The notes under the pieces are model-generated. The model was not told the origin of the DNA. It was given only the letters and a program-made list of their open reading frames with translations, and ran no database searches. The translations under genes and the position numbers were made by a program. A DNA stretch of 64,000 nt from an uncultured Candidatus Saccharibacteria bacterium. Lineage in GTDB: Bacteria; Patescibacteriota; Doudnabacteria; UBA920. The stretch spans positions 340,480 through 404,479 of the forward strand of contig CAYQEU010000001.1 of NCBI GenBank assembly GCA_964416765.1, in the 5' to 3' direction. This document shows positions 58,330 to 64,000 of the stretch, one piece after another (positions within the stretch are counted from its first letter, which is position 1; the number at the start of each line of letters is the position of its first letter).

Positions 58330-60216
58330 ATGCCAGAAAACCAAGACGAAATTAATTTTTTTGCCAAGACTAACTACCGGAATCGGGAAGTGCCTTTTGG
58401 CATAAAAGCCGACGACCGCCGCCGCCACATGTACATTATCGGAAAGACGGGTATGGGCAAAACGACCATGATGGAAAACATGGTTATTCAGGATATCCGG
58501 AATGGCCATGGCGTTTGTTTTATCGACCCGCACGGGGACTCCGTAGCCAAAATCCTAGATTATATCCCAAGCAGTCGTGTTAACGACGTCGTCTATTTCA
58601 ACCCGGCGGACATTGAACACCCTATCGCGTTTAATATTCTGGAAACCGTGGACAGTAAGTATAAACATTTGGTTGCTTCCGGTCTTATGGGCGTGTTCAC
58701 GAAAATCTGGGCTAACCTCTGGTCTGCCCGAATGGAATACATTTTGAACAACACCATCTTGGCGCTTCTGGACAGCCCGGGTAACACCATGATGGGCATC
58801 GCGCGCATGTATATCGACAAAAAGTACCGCAAGCGCATTGTCGATAATATCAAAGACCCTATGGTTAAAGCCTTTTGGGTTGATGAGTTCGCGCAGTACA
58901 GCGAAAAGTACCGTACCGAAGCTATTGCGCCGATTCAAAACAAAGTTGGGCAGTTCTTGTCTTCCGGAATTATCCGCAACATTGTAGGCCAGCCGCGCTC
59001 CACTATAGATTTGCGTTCCATTATGGACAACCAAAAAATTCTTTTGATGGACTTGTCCAAAGGCAAAGTGGGAGAAGATAATTCGGCTTTGCTGGGCGCT
59101 ATGGTTATTACCAAACTGCAACTGGCCGCTTTGTCACGCGTGGATATTCCGGAACATGACCGAAAAGACTTTTTCCTGTACGTGGATGAGTTCCAAAACT
59201 TTGTCACTGAAAGCTTCGCCACTATTTTGAGCGAGGCGCGCAAATACCGCTTAAATCTTACCATTGGCCACCAATATATAGGTCAGCTTGCTCCCGACCG
59301 CAACAACACTAAAGTGCGGGACGCAGTGTTCGGCAACGTCGGGACTATGGTTTGCTTTCGGGTCGGTGCGGCTGACGCGGAATTTTTGGAAACTGAATTT
59401 GACCCAACCTTCACTCCTAATGACATAGTAAACCTGCCCAAATACAATATTATTTTGCGGCTCATGATTAATGGCGTTGCTTCCGACCCGTTTTCCGCCG
59501 TTACCATGCCAGTTAGGGAAGATTGGGCTACGGGTAACGGTGAAAAAGTTATTAAAGTATCCCGGGAGCGATACGCCAACCCGGTTATTGAGGTTGAAGA
59601 AAAGATCATGCGCTGGATGGGAGCCGAAACCCACCAGGAAATCGGCTTAATAGTCGGACGTGATGAAGATGAAAATCCGGCGGAACAGATTGCGGAGGCT
59701 GTGCAGGAAAAGACAGCAGAAACAGTAAAGAAAGTCTTGGCGGAAGCAATGGGGGAACAATCACCCGTACCTGCAACGGAAGCTGTAAATACATCCACAG
59801 AGACTCCCCAAACCATACCAGAACCCCCGGCCGAAATCGAGCACGTCCCCGAACCTGACGTTGTAAAAGAGCCTGAGATAGTGGTTGAGGCTCCTAAACA
59901 CGAGATAAAGCCACAGACCCAGCAGCGCCACAGGCCGGAACTTCAAAATAGAAGCGGCAATCAAAGCAAGGGCCAAAAATTCTCTCAACAGCGAAAAAAG
60001 AACAAGCCCAACAAAAACAAGCAAAACGCCCGCGACGTTAACCCCATATGGAAAACCGTGGAATCTTTAAATGATGAGCGCGCGGCCGCTGACCTGCAAA
60101 AGGCCCAGCGAGTCCACGAACCCGCCGCCGTACCGGAAAGTTCCCACCCCGACAACAACAGCCAAAGCGACTCCGGCGCAAAGATAATCCGCCCCGGAAT
60201 AGTTCACAAATTCTAA
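58330..60216 (+). CDS. VirD4/TraG/TraD-like (type IV coupling protein family) P-loop ATPase lacking the N-terminal TM, with Gln/Lys/Asn-rich C-terminal tail
   Basis: Walker A IIGKTGMGKTT, Walker B FLYVDEFQNF, TraG-family motif LTIGHQYIGQL and FGNVGTMVCFRVG; last about 120 aa low complexity. Confidence 0.7.
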   Translation: MPENQDEINFFAKTNYRNREVPFGIKADDRRRHMYIIGKTGMGKTTMMENMVIQDIRNGHGVCFIDPHGDSVAKILDYIPSSRVNDVVYFNPADIEHPIAFNILETVDSKYKHLVASGLMGVFTKIWANLWSARMEYILNNTILALLDSPGNTMMGIARMYIDKKYRKRIVDNIKDPMVKAFWVDEFAQYSEKYRTEAIAPIQNKVGQFLSSGIIRNIVGQPRSTIDLRSIMDNQKILLMDLSKGKVGEDNSALLGAMVITKLQLAALSRVDIPEHDRKDFFLYVDEFQNFVTESFATILSEARKYRLNLTIGHQYIGQLAPDRNNTKVRDAVFGNVGTMVCFRVGAADAEFLETEFDPTFTPNDIVNLPKYNIILRLMINGVASDPFSAVTMPVREDWATGNGEKVIKVSRERYANPVIEVEEKIMRWMGAETHQEIGLIVGRDEDENPAEQIAEAVQEKTAETVKKVLAEAMGEQSPVPATEAVNTSTETPQTIPEPPAEIEHVPEPDVVKEPEIVVEAPKHEIKPQTQQRHRPELQNRSGNQSKGQKFSQQRKKNKPNKNKQNARDVNPIWKTVESLNDERAAADLQKAQRVHEPAAVPESSHPDNNSQSDSGAKIIRPGIVHKF

Positions 60217-60217
60217 C

Positions 60218-60248
60218 AAAAACCCCCTCAGTTGAGGGGGTTTAATTT
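60218..60248. terminator. Bidirectional terminator (AAACCCCCTC-AGTT-GAGGGGGTTT)
   Basis: Perfect 10-bp stem between the ATPase gene (+) and trxA (-). Confidence 0.8.
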
Positions 60249-60255
60249 ATTGAGC

Positions 60256-60576
60256 TTAGATGTGGCGCTTAATTTCCGCTTCGATTGTTGATTTAGGAGC
60301 GGCACCTACTAATTCTCCCACGATCTGGCCGTTTTTGAAGAATTTAAGGGTTGGGATGCTCATCACGCCATAATGAGTAGACAGGCTTCCTTGCTCATCG
60401 ACGTTAACCTTACCGACTTTGAGCTTACCTTCATACTCCTTGGCCAATTCATCAACAGTAGGGCTAAGTATTTTGCAGGGACCGCACCATTCTGCCCAAA
60501 AGTCTATTAAAACCGGCATATCTGACTTAAGTACTTCGTTTTCGAAATTTTGTTCTGTAATTTCTAATTCTGCCAT
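60256..60576 (-). CDS. trxA: Thioredoxin
   Basis: WCGPC active site, 106 aa. Confidence 0.93.
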   Translation of the reverse strand: MAELEITEQNFENEVLKSDMPVLIDFWAEWCGPCKILSPTVDELAKEYEGKLKVGKVNVDEQGSLSTHYGVMSIPTLKFFKNGQIVGELVGAAPKSTIEAEIKRHI

Positions 60577-60625
60577 TTGTGTATTTAATTAGTTTGCTTA
60601 TGAATTCTATAGCCGGTGGCAGGCT

Positions 60626-60654
60626 TTGTCAATAAACCTAAAATTCCTTATAAT
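60626..60654 (+). promoter_or_regulatory. Promoter TTGTCA-17-TATAAT upstream of the D,D-carboxypeptidase gene
   Basis: Hexamers at 60626-60631 and 60649-60654. Confidence 0.6.
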
Positions 60655-60664
60655 TTCAAGAGTT

Positions 60665-61621
60665 ATGGGAAAGACCGAAATTAAATGGAAACCAATCACT
60701 GCCGGAGCAGGGCTGACCTTGCTTGTTTTTTTGTACCCGCTGTTAGCAGTTGCCCCGCTATCTCTACCTACGGGTGACCCCAGAGTGGAAGGAGCCGCCA
60801 CTATCAGCCCCTTGGGAATGCCAAATAATAAGGGTTCAGACAACATTGCAAAGCCCAAGCTCATAGGATCAATTGATTTAACAACCGTGCAGGCCAGAAG
60901 TTTTTTGGTGTTCGATTCAGGCACAGGGGAAACCTTAGCGGAAAAGAATCCCAAACAACCGGTGGCTATTGCCAGCCTTACTAAGTTGATGACCGGGCTT
61001 GTGGCCTACAACCATATCTCATCTTTCAGGCAAACCATTATGGTCCAATCCGCTGATCAGTTTAACGTTGATCCGGTACTGGGCCTGAAGACGGGAGATG
61101 AGGTTTCCGTAAGCGACTTATTTTATTCCATGCTAATCGGCTCAGCGAACGACGCGGCACTCACCCTAGCGAACCACACTGAGCAAACTACCGGCAAAAA
61201 TTTTGTCGATTTGATGAACGACCAGGCCAAAAGCTTAGGCATGGAGGATACTCATTTCAGTAACCCTTTAGGTTTCGACAGTGAAGCCAACTTTTCCACG
61301 GCTGCGGACTTAGCCCAATTGATAAATAAAGTTCGGGAGTACCAGGCCTTTAACTTATCCGGCAAAGAACAGTCATACGCGTTCACTTCCAGCTCGGGAT
61401 CCCGCTATGGCGTAAAAGCAACTAACAAGCTTACCGCCTCCTACCCCGATTTATTCGCTGTTAAGACCGGCTTTACCAACCAGGCTCAGGGAGCAATGGT
61501 GACGGAAGTTAAAGATAAGCAGGTTGCTTTCACCATAATAATATTGGATTCACCTAACCGGGAAAATGACACTCTTAACCTCCGCTCCCAAATCCTTAAA
61601 AATTACTCTTGGGGGCCATAA
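60665..61621 (+). CDS. D-alanyl-D-alanine carboxypeptidase (S11, PBP5/DacA-like)
   Basis: SxxK (ASLTK), SxN (SAND) and KTG motifs in the correct order and spacing; signal/TM N-terminus. Confidence 0.85.
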   Translation: MGKTEIKWKPITAGAGLTLLVFLYPLLAVAPLSLPTGDPRVEGAATISPLGMPNNKGSDNIAKPKLIGSIDLTTVQARSFLVFDSGTGETLAEKNPKQPVAIASLTKLMTGLVAYNHISSFRQTIMVQSADQFNVDPVLGLKTGDEVSVSDLFYSMLIGSANDAALTLANHTEQTTGKNFVDLMNDQAKSLGMEDTHFSNPLGFDSEANFSTAADLAQLINKVREYQAFNLSGKEQSYAFTSSSGSRYGVKATNKLTASYPDLFAVKTGFTNQAQGAMVTEVKDKQVAFTIIILDSPNRENDTLNLRSQILKNYSWGP

Positions 61622-61641
61622 TATGGTATAATTAAGGCCAT

Positions 61642-62682
61642 ATGGACACCGACGCACTAACTAAAATATTCAGTCTGACCTCCGCTGCTTTTTTGGTTAC
61701 TGTCTTGGCCACACCGTTAGTCAGCAATTTTCTTTACCGGTTTCGGCTTACCAAAAACATCCGCAATGACGGCAGTACCCCAATATTTAGCGAGCTCCAT
61801 GCTGGCAAACAAGGGACACCGACCATGGGCGGTATTTTAATTTGGGGAACTGTTTTAGTCCTGGCTGGTATTTTCTGGTTCTTGGACAGGATCTTAGGCC
61901 AGCATTCTTTCCACATCTTAAATTTCTTGACCCGACGCGACACGCTATTGCCCCTGGGCGCCATGGTGGGCGCGGCATGCGTGGGAATGGCGGATGATTT
62001 CCTGGATATTCAGCAATCCGGACATAAAGGCCGGGGATTCCGTTTCCGTTTTAAAGTTATTATTTATGCTTTGGTTGCATTGATTGGCGCGTTTTGGTTC
62101 TACTCTAAGTTAGGTTTTGACAGCGTCAGTGTTCCTTTCTTTGGCATGTATCACCTCGGAGTCTGGTTCATCCCGTTTTTTGTTTTGATTGTGGTCGGAA
62201 CATCGTTTTCCGTTAACCAAACTGACGGTTTGGACGGTCTGGCCGGTGGAGTGCTTTCCATGTCCTTTCTTGCCTACGCAATAATTGCATTCATGCAGGG
62301 TAATACCAACCTGGCCGCATTGCTGGGGGTAGCTACCGGTTCTCTACTGGCTTTCTTATGGTTTAACGTTTACCCGGCTCGCTTTTTTATGGGAGATACT
62401 GGATCCATGGGATTAGGCATGCTTTTAGCTATAGTGGCATTCCTTACTGGAGAGGTGTTCTTATTGCCTATTATCGGAATAATTTTTGTATTAGAAGCAC
62501 TAAGCTTTTTTCTCCAAATGTTTTGGCGCGCCGCTTTCGGCAAAAAATTATTCCTGTCGTCGCCCTTACACCATCACTTTGAAGCCGCTGGCTGGCCTGA
62601 AACCAAAGTCACCATGCGTTTTTGGATCTTGGCGGCTATAAGCTCTATATTGGGCGTTATTATTTATTTGATCGCACACTAA
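61642..62682 (+). CDS. mraY: Phospho-N-acetylmuramoyl-pentapeptide transferase
   Basis: Ten-TM PNPT family with MraY-type cytoplasmic loop KQGTPTMGG and DD..D motifs; TGGTATAAT extended -10 only 9 nt upstream of the ATG. Confidence 0.85.
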   Translation: MDTDALTKIFSLTSAAFLVTVLATPLVSNFLYRFRLTKNIRNDGSTPIFSELHAGKQGTPTMGGILIWGTVLVLAGIFWFLDRILGQHSFHILNFLTRRDTLLPLGAMVGAACVGMADDFLDIQQSGHKGRGFRFRFKVIIYALVALIGAFWFYSKLGFDSVSVPFFGMYHLGVWFIPFFVLIVVGTSFSVNQTDGLDGLAGGVLSMSFLAYAIIAFMQGNTNLAALLGVATGSLLAFLWFNVYPARFFMGDTGSMGLGMLLAIVAFLTGEVFLLPIIGIIFVLEALSFFLQMFWRAAFGKKLFLSSPLHHHFEAAGWPETKVTMRFWILAAISSILGVIIYLIAH

Positions 62683-64000
62683 TGTATTCAGTCTTAATAA
62701 AAAAAGCCCGCCTGATAGACGGCACCGGGGCTCCCGAAAAAATTTGCGACATCGCCATAGAGGGCGAAGAAATCGTCGCGGTTAACCCTGAAATCACCAC
62801 CGGCGCCACACAAACCATAAACGCGGAAGGGAAAATTGTCGCCCCGGGATTTGTTGATGCCCAAAACCATAGCGATAGCTATTGGCAGCTGTTTGATAAC
62901 CCGGAACTTGAGAGCATGGTGGCCCAGGGCTACACAACTATCTTGGTGGGAAATTGCGGAGGCAGTTTGGCACCCCTGCTTTCACCTCCTGCTTTATTGG
63001 CTTTACAGAAATGGCACACAACCGATGGCTGGAACGTGGACTGGCAAAGCTTTGGTGAATTCCGCAACACAATGACAGCGCGCCGATTCGGTTGCAACGT
63101 TGCCTCGCTGGTTGGTTACTCCACGCTTCGGCGGGGCATAGTGGGAGATTCGCCAAGACCACTGACCCCCGACGAATTAGAAATTATGAGGATTGCCCTC
63201 GAACAGGCCATTGAACAGGGCGGATTCGGCCTATCTATCGGCTTAGCTTACAGCCACGAAATGCAAACGTCGGAATTGGAGCTATACCAAATTGCACAGG
63301 TAGTAAAAAAATACGACGCTCTGCTTTCGGTTCACTTGAGGAATGAAAGCGATCGGGTGGTGGAAAGCGTGCGCGAAGTAGTAGACCTGGCCCGCATTTC
63401 CGGCCTCAATATGAAGATTTCGCACTTGAAAGTACGCAACCAGGCTAACTGGGATAAGGCGGCTGAAGTAATTGAACAACTGGAGCTTGCTTGGCATCAG
63501 GGAGTAAATATCCATTATGACGTTTATCCATACACCACCATTTGGCAAATGCTTTATAGCTATTTGCCGGGTTGGGCTATTCAGGGCGGCCGCACTCACT
63601 TGCTGCGTGAATTAAGCAATCCCGTCCAAAGAAACAAGATTCTTACCGAACTTAATAATAGCCAGGCAAAACTTCGAGACCTCATCGTCACTTCAACTTC
63701 GGGGCGGTTAAGTGTGATAGGAAAGACTATCGCCAGTATTGCCAAGGATATGGAAATTTCCAGCGAGGCCGCAGTCCTTAAGCTAATCGAAAACGGCGGT
63801 AGTGAAGTATTGGTGTTCGATGAAGCTCTCAGCCAGGAAAACGTTACGGAGTTTTTGCATCACCCGCTGGCCATGGTGGCTTCGGACGGTGGCGGCTTTG
63901 ATACTAAAACCAATACCCGACTGGTCCACCCCCGATGCTTTGGTACCGCGCCTCGTTTTCTGAACCAGGTCATAACAAGCAAGACCATGGAACTCCCGGA
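62682..64000 (+). CDS. N-acyl-D-amino-acid deacylase / D-aminoacylase family amidohydrolase (3' partial, runs off the window)
   Basis: Hand-translated open frame from ATG 62682 to the window end with no stop; PGFVDAQNHSD metal-binding motif of the amidohydrolase superfamily; not in the ORF track because it has no stop codon. Confidence 0.75.
   Translation, partial: MYSVLIKKARLIDGTGAPEKICDIAIEGEEIVAVNPEITTGATQTINAEGKIVAPGFVDAQNHSDSYWQLFDNPELESMVAQGYTTILVGNCGGSLAPLLSPPALLALQKWHTTDGWNVDWQSFGEFRNTMTARRFGCNVASLVGYSTLRRGIVGDSPRPLTPDELEIMRIALEQAIEQGGFGLSIGLAYSHEMQTSELELYQIAQVVKKYDALLSVHLRNESDRVVESVREVVDLARISGLNMKISHLKVRNQANWDKAAEVIEQLELAWHQGVNIHYDVYPYTTIWQMLYSYLPGWAIQGGRTHLLRELSNPVQRNKILTELNNSQAKLRDLIVTSTSGRLSVIGKTIASIAKDMEISSEAAVLKLIENGGSEVLVFDEALSQENVTEFLHHPLAMVASDGGGFDTKTNTRLVHPRCFGTAPRFLNQVITSKTMELP

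Noticed and set aside
1-64000. CRISPR arrays, transposases, integrases, prophage remnants
   Set aside because: I looked for spaced direct repeats in all intergenic gaps and for IS/integrase-like ORFs and found none; intergenic regions are short and occupied by promoters and terminators

Overview
This 64-kb window looks like a densely packed, mostly housekeeping stretch of a small-genome bacterium. The gene content and dispersed cell-wall genes are reminiscent of Patescibacteria/CPR or a reduced Firmicute-like lineage; that attribution is inference only. I can support about 75 protein-coding genes, 4 tRNAs and an RNase P RNA that the ORF track cannot show. The tRNAs are Thr-GGT, Tyr-GTA, Thr-TGT and Trp-CCA; the last three are interleaved with rpmG. 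There are also several near-perfect sigma-70 promoters (TTGACA-17-TATAAT) and roughly 15 hairpin-plus-T-run terminators, many of them bidirectional between convergent genes. Recognisable genes include cysS, a KefB-like antiporter, two tandem adenylate kinase paralogs, map, rarA, thrS, dnaE, ftsW/rodA, rplY, prfA-prmC, rpmE, rpsB-tsf, a DEAD-box helicase, a six-gene extracytoplasmic DsbB-DsbA/ferric-reductase-like/YcnI-like operon, a glycosyltransferase block (WbaP-like sugar transferase, three GT4) followed by murG-patatin-murC-murB, hpf-secA, pepN, secDF, trxA, a DacA-like carboxypeptidase, mraY and a partial D-aminoacylase. There is no CRISPR array, transposase or integrase. The most interesting accessory content is: (1) a three-gene module with its own consensus promoter encoding a sigma-70 region-4-like HTH protein, a membrane protein and a soluble VirD4/TraG-like coupling-protein ATPase with a low-complexity tail; (2) the copper/oxidative-folding operon whose two secreted proteins mature with an N-terminal His; (3) a secreted three-repeat protein with an 18-bp perfect palindrome upstream, next to a SixA-like protein that appears to lack the catalytic His; (4) a 349-aa orphan ORF sitting inside a tRNA/rpmG array where secE-nusG would be expected.
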